NCBI GenBank assembly: GCA_027625355.1
Contig: JAQBWI010000002.1
Span: forward strand, 1-35,164
Reading direction: 5' to 3'
DNA: 35,164 bases
From: Pseudomonadota bacterium
GTDB taxonomy: Bacteria; Pseudomonadota; Alphaproteobacteria; HIMB59; GCA-002718135
Both the position numbers and the translations under genes were made by a program. Positions 14,579 to 23,194 of this stretch are shown here, in pieces; the first letter of the stretch is position 1, and each line of letters starts with the position of its first letter. The notes beneath the pieces are model-generated. The model was given only the letters and a program-made list of their open reading frames with translations, ran no database searches and had not been told where the DNA came from.

Positions 14579-15865
14579 ATGACAATTTCATATATCAAAA
14601 AAGCAAATAAAACTGCCTCTTCTGATGAGGTTGAAACGAGACAACGAGTTCAAGAAGTTCTCAATGAAATAGAATCTAAAAGAGACAAAGGTATTAAAGA
14701 AATTTCTCGCAAGTTTGATAAATATGAAGGTGATGTTATTGTTACCCAAGAAAAAATTGAAGAAGTAATAAAATCATTAGATCAAAAAGTAAAAGATGAT
14801 GTGCAGTTCTCCTATGATAGAGTTCGTAGTTTTGCAGAGCATCAACTAAAACATTTGAATAATGATTTTGAAGTTGAATTATCTCCAGGTCTTTTTGCTG
14901 GTCAAAAGTTAATACCTGTTAATAGTGTTGGTTGTTATGTTCCTGGTGGAAGATATAATAATATTGCCTCCGCTATAATGAGTATTACTACAGCAAAAGT
15001 TGCAGGTGTCAAAAATGTTATTGCTGCTAGTCCTCCAAAAGATGAAAATGGTGCTAATCGTATTATTATTTACACTGCAAATTTATGTGGAGCTGATGTC
15101 ATTATGAACTGTGGTGGTATTGGAGCGATTGGTGCTTTTGCTTATGGATGTTTTGGTAATCCAGAAGTTGATATGATTGTTGGTCCAGGAAATCAATACG
15201 TAGCAGAGGCAAAGAGAATTTTATATGGAAAAGTTGGAATTGATTTATTTGCAGGGCCAACAGAAATTGGCATTATTGCAGATCATACTGCTGATAAAGA
15301 AATGATTGCTGTTGATCTTGTTGGTCAAGCAGAGCACGGTCCAAATTCTCCAGCTTGGCTTTATACAACTGACAAAGAATTGTGTGATTATGTCATGAAG
15401 CGAGTTCCAGAATTAATCGCTGAACTACCTGAAACATCAAGAAATAACGCTGATGCTGCTTGGCGTGATTACGGTGAAGTTATTCTATGCGATACGAATG
15501 AAGAATTATGTGAGATCAGTGATAACTATGCTCCTGAACATTTAGAAGTTCAAGCTGAAAACTTAGATTGGTGGCTTGATAAACTAAAAAATTATGGATC
15601 ATTATTTTTAGGTGAAGAAACAACTGTTGCCTATGGTGATAAATGCTCTGGTACAAATCATATACTACCCACAAAAGGTGCTGCTAAATATACAGGCGGT
15701 TTATTTGTAGGTAAGTTTATTAAAACTGTTACTTTTCAACGCATGACCAAAGAATCAAACAAGGAAGTGGGCGCAGCCGCAGCAAGAATTTCAAGATTGG
15801 AAGGAATGGAAGCACATGCGCGAACAGGTGATGCTCGTTTAAGAAAATATGGTTTTCAAAATTAG
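14579..15865 (+). CDS. Histidinol-dehydrogenase-family NAD-dependent 4-electron alcohol dehydrogenase (catabolic paralogue, possibly HpsN-like)
   Basis: 428 aa with HisD-family blocks VPGG, GPGNQYVAEAK, GQAEHGPNS, APEHLEV and SGTNHILPT. It has a GAGGA SD. The context is not a his operon. Confidence 0.8.
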   Translation: MTISYIKKANKTASSDEVETRQRVQEVLNEIESKRDKGIKEISRKFDKYEGDVIVTQEKIEEVIKSLDQKVKDDVQFSYDRVRSFAEHQLKHLNNDFEVELSPGLFAGQKLIPVNSVGCYVPGGRYNNIASAIMSITTAKVAGVKNVIAASPPKDENGANRIIIYTANLCGADVIMNCGGIGAIGAFAYGCFGNPEVDMIVGPGNQYVAEAKRILYGKVGIDLFAGPTEIGIIADHTADKEMIAVDLVGQAEHGPNSPAWLYTTDKELCDYVMKRVPELIAELPETSRNNADAAWRDYGEVILCDTNEELCEISDNYAPEHLEVQAENLDWWLDKLKNYGSLFLGEETTVAYGDKCSGTNHILPTKGAAKYTGGLFVGKFIKTVTFQRMTKESNKEVGAAAARISRLEGMEAHARTGDARLRKYGFQN

Positions 15866-17736
15866 ATAATTTTCTTTGATTGTAAAAAATTAATAATCTG
15901 ATCAGTTAACTCTTCCGCATTACTTGATGTAGTATCTAAAATAAGATCAGGATTTTCTGGCTCTTCATATAAAGAGTCTATACCTGTAAAGTTTTTTAAT
16001 TCACCTGCTCTTGCTTTTTTATAAAGTCCTTTTGGATCTCTCTTTTCACATTCTTCTAATGGTGTGTTTACAAAAATTTCAAAAAACTCATCTGAAGATA
16101 ATAAATCTCTAGCCATTTGTCTTTCTGATTTGAAAGGTGAAATAAATGAAACCAATGTTATTAATCCAGCATCAGCCATTAGCTTTGATACTTCTGCAAC
16201 ACGACGAATATTTTCTACCCTATCAGGGTCTGTGAAACCTAAATCCTTATTCAATCCATGACGAACGTTATCACCATCTAATAAATAAGTTCTCTTGCCT
16301 ATAGTGTGTAATTTTTGTTCTAAAATATTAGCAATTGTTGATTTACCAGAACCTGATAATCCGGTAAACCACACAACACATGGCTTTTGAGAATTTAACT
16401 CAGATCGAGTTTTCTTATTGATTGACATTTTGTGCCAAGAAATATTGCTAGATCGACGAAGAGCGTGATCAATCATGCCAACCCCAATTGTTTTATTATT
16501 ATAAGGATCAATTATAACAAAGCTTCCCAACTTTTGATTGTTAGAGTACGAACTAATAGCATGCGTTTTATTAATGGCGACTTTACAATAAGCAATATCA
16601 TTTAAATTTAGTTTTTTAGAGGCCACTTCTTCGTAAGAATTAACATTTATACTGTGCACTAAATCAGTTATTTTTCCATTAATGTAAGCGTTATTAAAAC
16701 GAAAAATATAATTTCTCTCAGGCAACATTGGCTCTTGATCCATCCAAATTAAATGGGAGGCAAACTGATCTGCCTTTATTATCTGATCATTTTTTTTTGA
16801 AAGAATAACATCTCCTCGTGAAATATCTAATTCGTCACTTAAAGTTAATGTAATTGCTTGTCCGGAGTATGCTTCACTTAATTCTCCTTTAGGTCCGTAG
16901 ATATTTTTCACTGAAGTTAGCGTATTACTGGATGCAGTGGTTATTAAATCACCTCTTGCAATTTTACCATCAGCTATCGTACCTGAATAACCTCTGAAAT
17001 TTGCACTTGATCTATTTACCCATTGGACTGGGAAACTTAATTCATTGTTTTGGCTTGAATCCAAAACATCGACTTTTTCTAATGTTTCAATTAATGTTAA
17101 TCCCTTATACCATTTCGTATTTTCAAAATTTGAAAATACATTATCCCCTTTTAAGGCTGACAATGGAATAAAATTTATAGATGTAAAAGTAAAATTTTTA
17201 ATTAATTCCTTATACTCATCAACAATTCTCTCAAAAATATTTTCTTTATAATTAACTAGATCCATCTTATTTATTGCAACTACAATATGTTTAATGCCCA
17301 AAAGATTAACAATAAAACTATGTCTTTTTGTTTGCTCTAATAATCCTTTTTCTGCATCTATTAATATTATCGCCACATCAGAATTTGAGGCTCCCGTTGC
17401 CATATTCCGTGTATATTGTTCGTGACCAGGTGTATCGGCAATGATAAATTTACAATTTGATGTTTCAAAATAACGATACGCTACATCTATAGTAATTCCC
17501 TGTTCCCGCTCTGCTTGTAAGCCATCAACAAGTAAAGCTAGATCAATTTCTTTACCTTGAGTTCCATATTTTTCACTTTCTATTTTTGTCTGATCTATCT
17601 GATCTAGAAAAATATTTTGAGAATCAAATAGCAATCTTCCTAATAAAGTAGATTTTCCATCATCAACCGAACCACAGGTTAAAATTTTAACTTGTTTTTT
17701 TTTATTTTGAGCTTGAAAGAATTTATTTAAATCCAC
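15862..17736 (-). CDS. cysNC: Bifunctional sulfate adenylyltransferase subunit 1 / adenylylsulfate (APS) kinase
   Basis: 624 aa. The GTPase motifs are GSVDDGKST, DTPGHEQY and NKMD. The C-terminal APS kinase has the P-loop GLSGSGKST and LDGDNVRHGLN. The GTG start overlaps the cysD stop by 1 nt. Confidence 0.9.
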   Translation of the reverse strand: MDLNKFFQAQNKKKQVKILTCGSVDDGKSTLLGRLLFDSQNIFLDQIDQTKIESEKYGTQGKEIDLALLVDGLQAEREQGITIDVAYRYFETSNCKFIIADTPGHEQYTRNMATGASNSDVAIILIDAEKGLLEQTKRHSFIVNLLGIKHIVVAINKMDLVNYKENIFERIVDEYKELIKNFTFTSINFIPLSALKGDNVFSNFENTKWYKGLTLIETLEKVDVLDSSQNNELSFPVQWVNRSSANFRGYSGTIADGKIARGDLITTASSNTLTSVKNIYGPKGELSEAYSGQAITLTLSDELDISRGDVILSKKNDQIIKADQFASHLIWMDQEPMLPERNYIFRFNNAYINGKITDLVHSINVNSYEEVASKKLNLNDIAYCKVAINKTHAISSYSNNQKLGSFVIIDPYNNKTIGVGMIDHALRRSSNISWHKMSINKKTRSELNSQKPCVVWFTGLSGSGKSTIANILEQKLHTIGKRTYLLDGDNVRHGLNKDLGFTDPDRVENIRRVAEVSKLMADAGLITLVSFISPFKSERQMARDLLSSDEFFEIFVNTPLEECEKRDPKGLYKKARAGELKNFTGIDSLYEEPENPDLILDTTSSNAEELTDQIINFLQSKKII

Positions 17737-18635
17737 TAAAAGTAACCCTCTTGTTTCTTTTTTTCCATTGAGCCAATTTGATCTTTGTCAATTGCCCTGC
17801 CTTCTCTTTCAGAATTTTTACTTTTAATTAACTCTAAAATAATCTCTTCAACTGATTTTGCACTAGACTCAATTGCACCAGTTAGAGGATAACATCCTAA
17901 AGTTCTAAAGCGAACTAACTTATTCTCAATAGTTTCATGTTCTTTGACATCCAATCTTTTATCATCAACCATAAGAAGAAGATTATCTCTTTCAATAACT
18001 GGGCGAATAGCAGCTAAATATAAAGGAACAATTTCAATTTTTTCTTCATAGATATATTGCCATACATCTAATTCAGTCCAATTTGATAAAGGGAAAACTC
18101 TTACACTCTCTCCTTTGTCTATTTTTGTATTATATAAGTTCCATAACTCTGGTCTTTGGTTTTTTGGATCCCAATGATGATGCTGATCTCGAAAAGAAAA
18201 AATTCTTTCTTTAGCTCTTGATTTTTCTTCATCTCTTCTAGCGCCACCAAATGCTGCGTCAAACTTATATTTGTTCAAAGCCTGTTTAAGCGCTTGCGTC
18301 TTCATAACATCGGTGTGAAGTTTTGATCCATGTGTAATTGGACCAATATTATTTTTTACTCCTTCATTATTTATATGAACTAATAAATCTAAATCATATT
18401 TTTTTTTGATTACATCACGAAACTTAATCATTTCTTTAAACTTCCATGTTGTATCTACATGTAATAATTTAAATGGAAGTTTTCCTGGTAAAAATGCCTT
18501 TAATGCTAAATGAAGCATAACAGCAGAGTCCTTACCAATAGAGTATAACATAACAGGATTTTCAAATTCTGATGCTACCTCTCGAATTATATGTATGCTC
18601 TCAGATTCTAATTTTTCCAGATGTGATAAATTCAT
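17736..18635 (-). CDS. cysD: Sulfate adenylyltransferase subunit 2
   Basis: 299 aa with the PAPS-reductase/ATP-PPase fold motif SIGKDSAV. It is typical CysD in length and in its coupling to cysN. Confidence 0.9.
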   Translation of the reverse strand: MNLSHLEKLESESIHIIREVASEFENPVMLYSIGKDSAVMLHLALKAFLPGKLPFKLLHVDTTWKFKEMIKFRDVIKKKYDLDLLVHINNEGVKNNIGPITHGSKLHTDVMKTQALKQALNKYKFDAAFGGARRDEEKSRAKERIFSFRDQHHHWDPKNQRPELWNLYNTKIDKGESVRVFPLSNWTELDVWQYIYEEKIEIVPLYLAAIRPVIERDNLLLMVDDKRLDVKEHETIENKLVRFRTLGCYPLTGAIESSAKSVEEIILELIKSKNSEREGRAIDKDQIGSMEKKKQEGYF

Positions 18636-18641
18636 AGCTCT

Positions 18642-19433
18642 TTATAGTTTATAGTTTCCTATAGCATAAAATTGAGGATTGAGCAGATCCACTTTTGAGT
18701 TATAATTTATCTCATTATTTTCAAATGTACTAACTCTACCTCCAGCCTCATCAACAATGATATGACCGGCAGCAATATCCCATTCTGAAGTTGGACCAAA
18801 GCGAGGGTAAATATCTGCAACACCCTCAGCAATTAAGCAAAATTTTAAAGAACTTCCTGCTTGAACAATTACTGGATTAGGAAAATTTTTATTTACCCAA
18901 CTATCAAAATCTTGATTTGAATGCGATCGACTACCAATAATTCTTTTTATACTTGAATGGTTAGATACAAATATTTTCTTTGCTTCTTTTAAGTCAATTA
19001 ATTTAGAACTAGAATTAATTTTGAACGATCCATAATTTTTCTGTGCAAAATATAAGTCAGATTTAACAGGAGTATAAATAACTCCTAAAATTGATTTATT
19101 ATTTTCAATCAAAGCAATATTGACAGTAAATTCTCCATTTTTTTTTATAAATTCTTTTGTTCCATCTAATGGATCAACTAACCAGTATGTAGTCCAATTT
19201 TTTCGTTGATTCCATTCCACAAGTGACTCTTCACTTAAAATTGGAATAGTTCTGTCTAACTCATGTAAAGCATTAAGGATCATTTTATTAGAAGCTAAAT
19301 CAGCTTTTGTTAAAGGAGAGGAGTCATCTTTATGTGTAACTTCAATATCATCGTTATAGTATTTAAGAATTTCTTCTCCAGCTTGTATTGCAATATTACA
19401 AACCTTAAGCAACAAATTATTATTCTCAATCAT
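18642..19433 (-). CDS. cysQ: 3'(2'),5'-bisphosphate nucleotidase (inositol monophosphatase family)
   Basis: 263 aa with IMPase-family motifs LSEES, WLVDPLDGTKEF and WDIAAGH. It is the first gene of the cysQ-cysD-cysNC unit. Confidence 0.8.
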   Translation of the reverse strand: MIENNNLLLKVCNIAIQAGEEILKYYNDDIEVTHKDDSSPLTKADLASNKMILNALHELDRTIPILSEESLVEWNQRKNWTTYWLVDPLDGTKEFIKKNGEFTVNIALIENNKSILGVIYTPVKSDLYFAQKNYGSFKINSSSKLIDLKEAKKIFVSNHSSIKRIIGSRSHSNQDFDSWVNKNFPNPVIVQAGSSLKFCLIAEGVADIYPRFGPTSEWDIAAGHIIVDEAGGRVSTFENNEINYNSKVDLLNPQFYAIGNYKL

Positions 19434-19480
19434 TTTAATTTGACTTTTATAGAACCTAAATTAGTGTTTTATAGATTTTT

Positions 19481-20680
19481 ATGGAAAAAGAAATTTATAA
19501 AATTATTGATAAAGAAAAGTTGAACATTGTTAATGATACAATAGAAAACGCCCACGGACTACCAAATGAATGTTATTTAAGTGGACCTTATAATAACATT
19601 GAGCGCAAGAAGATATTTGAAGACAAGTGGGTTACAATTGGCGTAGCAAGTTCTGTACCAAATCCAGGAGATACAAAGCCGTTTGATTTATTGGGGATTC
19701 CACTAATCATAATAAGAGATAAAAAACATAAAGTTCGCGTTTTTCATAATGTGTGCAGTCACCGAGGATATAAATTAGTTCAAGAAACTTGTTCACTTAA
19801 ACATGTTTTAAGATGTCCGTATCACTCATGGTCATATGACTTTGAGGGTAATTTAGTTGCCACACCTCATTTAGGAGGAATTAACAAACATGAACATGAT
19901 GATTTTGATAAATCTAAAAGCAGCCTTAAGGAAGTGCGAACATCTATTTGGTTGGATTTAATAATGGTTAATATTTCAGAAAATGAATTACCTTTTACAG
20001 AGTACATTAAGCCTCTAGAAGACAGATGGTCTGCATTTTGGACTAAAGAAGATCAAAAATTAATTGTTCACGCTGAAGATTATGGCTATTTTAATTTAGA
20101 GGCAAAATGCAATTGGAAGTTTGCAATAGAAAATTATTGTGAAAGTTATCACTTACCTTTTGTTCACCCTGGCTTGAATGCCTATTCAAAAATTGATGAT
20201 CATTATCATATTCAGGGATTACCTAATCGTTTCGCAGGTCAAGGCACACTTGTGTATAATCCTAAGTTTGAAAATAATGAAAAATTTCCGACTTTTCCTG
20301 GGTGGTCCAAAGAAAAAGAAGAACACGCTGAGTATGTAGCGTTATTTCCAAATGTTATGCTAGGTATTCACAAAGATCACTATTATGCTTACTGGTTAGA
20401 GCCTATTTCACATGATTTCACAAAAGAGCATATGGAAATTTATTACGTTGGTGAAGAAGCAGCGCTAAGTGATACTTTTAAATCACTAAGAAAACAAAAT
20501 TATGAACAATGGTATAGTATTCAAACAGAAGATTTAAATATTATTGAAGGGATGCAAGAAGGAAGAAATTCTCCTGCTTATAATGGTGGGAACTTTTCAC
20601 CAGTCTTGGATAATCCAACACATCACTTTAATAAATGGATTGCTAATTCATTAACTGATAATGAATTTTCTACTACATAA
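19481..20680 (+). CDS. Rieske [2Fe-2S] non-haem-iron oxygenase, alpha-subunit-only type (Stc2/GbcA/CntA-like demethylase class)
   Basis: 399 aa. It has the canonical Rieske C-x-H-x17-C-x2-H (CSHRG...CPYHSW) and the mononuclear-iron-like motif ENYCESYHLPFVH. No beta subunit is present. Confidence 0.85.
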   Translation: MEKEIYKIIDKEKLNIVNDTIENAHGLPNECYLSGPYNNIERKKIFEDKWVTIGVASSVPNPGDTKPFDLLGIPLIIIRDKKHKVRVFHNVCSHRGYKLVQETCSLKHVLRCPYHSWSYDFEGNLVATPHLGGINKHEHDDFDKSKSSLKEVRTSIWLDLIMVNISENELPFTEYIKPLEDRWSAFWTKEDQKLIVHAEDYGYFNLEAKCNWKFAIENYCESYHLPFVHPGLNAYSKIDDHYHIQGLPNRFAGQGTLVYNPKFENNEKFPTFPGWSKEKEEHAEYVALFPNVMLGIHKDHYYAYWLEPISHDFTKEHMEIYYVGEEAALSDTFKSLRKQNYEQWYSIQTEDLNIIEGMQEGRNSPAYNGGNFSPVLDNPTHHFNKWIANSLTDNEFSTT

Positions 20681-20687
20681 AATATAA

Positions 20688-22727
20688 ATGGCAGATCCTT
20701 TATTACAATCTTTTCAACTCAAACATTTACATTTAAAAAACCGTATTATCACCACCAGTCATGAACCAGCTTACAATGAAGATGGATTTCCAAAAGATAG
20801 ATATATCGCTTATCATTTAGAAAGAGCAAAAGGGGGAATAGCAATGACAATGACTGCAGGATCAGCAGTCGTATCAAAAGACAGCCCACCTTCCTTTGAT
20901 AACATTCATGCGTATAAAGATGAAGTAGTTCCATGGATTAAAAAACTTACAGATACTATCCATGATCACGATTGTAAGATTATGATTCAATTAACACATC
21001 TTGGAAGAAGAACTTCATGGAGCAAAGGAGATTGGTTACCTTCACTATCATCAGGTAAACATAGAGAACCAGCCCATAAAGCTTTTCCAAAAGTAATGGA
21101 GAGCTGGGATATCGAGAGGATTATAAAAGAATACGGTGATGCAGCAGCAAGAATGAAAGAAGGAGGAATGGATGGTGTTGAACTTGAAGGGCAAGGCCAT
21201 TTAATAGGTCAATTTCTATCTCCTCTAACTAATGAATTAAGTACAGAGTATGGCGGTAGTCTAGAAAATAGATTACGATTTACAATTGATGTGCTGTCTG
21301 ACATTAGAAAAAAAGTTGGTCAGGATTTTATTGTAGGAATAAGATGTGTATTTGATGAAGTGGAAGAAGGCGGCATTACTAAATCACAAGGTTTAAAAAT
21401 TGCAAAAATCTTATCTGACTCAGGCTTGGTAGATTATCTAAATGTCAATAAAGGCAGAATTCATACTGATCCAATATTAACAAAACATATACCTATACAA
21501 GGAATGAAAAGTGCTCCCCATCTTGAGTTTGCAGGTGAAATAAAAAAGGAAATACAATTACCAATATTTCATGCTTCAAAAATTTCTGATGTAGCTACTG
21601 CGAGGTATGCAATTTCAAATGGGTTAGTTGATATGATAGGAATGACTAGAGGTCATTTAGCAGATCCACATATAGTTACTAAAATAAAAGAAAAAAGAGA
21701 AGAAGATATTAGACCTTGCGTTGGGGCTACTTATTGTTTGGATAGAATATATCAAGGTGAAGAAGCATTATGTATACATAACGCTGCTACAGGAAGAGAA
21801 TTAAAGTTTCCAAATATTATATCTCCTTCAACAGTCAAAAAGAAAATTGTAGTTGTTGGTGCTGGACCAGCTGGACTTGAAGCAGCAAGAATAGCTGGAG
21901 AAAGAGGTCATGAGGTTATCGTTTTTGAAGCAGCTCGAGATCCTGGTGGTCAGATAAGATTATGTGCAAAATCTGAGAGACGAAGAGATATGCTTGGTAT
22001 TATTGATTGGCGAATGCAACAATGCGCTAAAAATGTTAAATTTAATTTTAATGTAGTTGCAGAAAGTCAAGATGTTATTGGTGAAAAACCTCACACGGTT
22101 ATTATTGCAACGGGAGGAATGCCTAACCTTGAACTTTTTGAAACAAAGAAAGATTTAGAAAATGTCTATACAAGTTGGGATATAATTTCTGGAGATATTA
22201 AATTAAGTGACAATATTTTAATTTACGATGAAGCAGGAGATCACACTGGAATGCAATCAGCTGAAATTGCAATAAAAGAAGGTTCAACTGTTGAATTCAT
22301 GACACCAGATAGATTAATTTCCTCTGAAATAATGGGGATGAATTTAACTCCTTATTTAAAAAATCTTCAAGATAAAAAAATTACATATTCTATTGCTAAA
22401 AGATTATTAGACGTATCAATTAAAGGTAATAAATTAAATGCTTTAATTGGATCTGACTATGATGAGAACTTTAAATATAATTCATCGTATGATCAGGTTT
22501 TTTTAAACTACGGAATTAAACCATTGGATGAATTGTACTTCAGCCTAGTTCCTTTCTCCAAAAACAAAGGAGAGGTTGATTACAATAAATTTATTAATGG
22601 CGATGAACAAGATATAATAAAAATTGATAACAATAAATTTAATTTATTTAGGATAGGTGATGCAGTTTCTTCTAGAAATATACATGCAGCAATATACGAT
22701 GCTTTAAGATTAGTTATTAACTTATAA
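20688..22727 (+). CDS. OYE/trimethylamine-dehydrogenase-family FMN + Fe-S + NAD(P)/FAD flavoprotein (N-methylproline demethylase StcD-like)
   Basis: 679 aa. It has an N-terminal TIM-barrel FMN domain (LKNRIITTSH, QLTHLGRR), a Cys cluster CVGATYC-x11-C, and a C-terminal Rossmann fold VVVGAGPAGLEAA. It starts 7 nt after the Rieske gene. Confidence 0.8.
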   Translation: MADPLLQSFQLKHLHLKNRIITTSHEPAYNEDGFPKDRYIAYHLERAKGGIAMTMTAGSAVVSKDSPPSFDNIHAYKDEVVPWIKKLTDTIHDHDCKIMIQLTHLGRRTSWSKGDWLPSLSSGKHREPAHKAFPKVMESWDIERIIKEYGDAAARMKEGGMDGVELEGQGHLIGQFLSPLTNELSTEYGGSLENRLRFTIDVLSDIRKKVGQDFIVGIRCVFDEVEEGGITKSQGLKIAKILSDSGLVDYLNVNKGRIHTDPILTKHIPIQGMKSAPHLEFAGEIKKEIQLPIFHASKISDVATARYAISNGLVDMIGMTRGHLADPHIVTKIKEKREEDIRPCVGATYCLDRIYQGEEALCIHNAATGRELKFPNIISPSTVKKKIVVVGAGPAGLEAARIAGERGHEVIVFEAARDPGGQIRLCAKSERRRDMLGIIDWRMQQCAKNVKFNFNVVAESQDVIGEKPHTVIIATGGMPNLELFETKKDLENVYTSWDIISGDIKLSDNILIYDEAGDHTGMQSAEIAIKEGSTVEFMTPDRLISSEIMGMNLTPYLKNLQDKKITYSIAKRLLDVSIKGNKLNALIGSDYDENFKYNSSYDQVFLNYGIKPLDELYFSLVPFSKNKGEVDYNKFINGDEQDIIKIDNNKFNLFRIGDAVSSRNIHAAIYDALRLVINL

Positions 22728-22747
22728 AAAGTTAAATTTTATCCAAG

Positions 22748-22776
22748 GTGACAAAGTAATTATTATTGATTATAAT
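22748..22776 (+). promoter_or_regulatory. Candidate sigma-70 promoter (GTGACA-N17-TATAAT) for the CMD-family gene
   Basis: GTGACA lies at 22748-22753 and TATAAT at 22771-22776, with a 17-nt spacer. A GGGGA SD and the ATG at 22810 follow. AT-rich DNA makes chance hexamers likely. Confidence 0.35.
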
Positions 22777-22809
22777 TCACGTAAAATAGAAGGGGAAAGA
22801 AGAGAAAAA

Positions 22810-23187
22810 ATGGATGAGGAATTATTTAAAAAAGGATTAGAAAAAAGAAAAGCAACGTTGGGAAAAGAGTACGTTGAAAAAAATTTAGAACAAGCAGATG
22901 ATTTCACGCTCCCTTTTCAAAAAGCAATGACAGAATGGTGCTGGGGTTTTGGCTGGGGTGATGATGTAATTGATATGAAAACACGATCAATGATGAACCT
23001 TTCTATGATTGGTGCTTTAGGTAAAATGCAAGAATGGGAAATACATTGCAGAGGAGCAATAACTAACGGAGTTTCAAAAGAAGAAATTCGTGCGATAATT
23101 CATGTGATTGGAATCTATTGTGGGGTACCTCAAGCATTAGAATGTTTTAGAGTTGCAAAAAAAGTTTTAGAAGAACAAAACCTCTAA
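22810..23187 (+). CDS. Carboxymuconolactone decarboxylase (CMD/PcaC-like) family protein
   Basis: 125 aa. The pattern EWEIHCRGAITNGVSKEEIRAIIHVIGIYCGVPQALECF matches the CMD-family helix pattern (H...A...G.s.eEi.e...h...Y.G.P.a). Confidence 0.7.
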   Translation: MDEELFKKGLEKRKATLGKEYVEKNLEQADDFTLPFQKAMTEWCWGFGWGDDVIDMKTRSMMNLSMIGALGKMQEWEIHCRGAITNGVSKEEIRAIIHVIGIYCGVPQALECFRVAKKVLEEQNL

Positions 23188-23194
23188 AATATTT

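Noticed and set aside
14579-15865. Annotating the HisD-family gene simply as biosynthetic hisD.
   Set aside because: It has no his neighbours. It is the second cistron behind an NTF2-like gene under the shared operator array. Its N-terminus (MTISYIKKANKTASS...) resembles the catabolic HisD-paralogue group as I remember it. Without a phylogeny the housekeeping role cannot be excluded, hence the family-level call.
15862-19433. Reading cysQ-cysD-cysNC as proof of full assimilatory sulfate reduction.
   Set aside because: Only the activation steps and PAP recycling are encoded here. No PAPS/APS reductase or sulfite reductase is visible in the window, so the downstream fate of PAPS cannot be inferred.
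19440-19475. TTGACT (19440-19445) as the -35 of a promoter for the Rieske oxygenase gene.
   Set aside because: There is no acceptable -10 hexamer at 16-19 nt spacing. The nearest, TATAGA at 19470-19475, is 24 nt away. The evidence is too weak to report as a feature.
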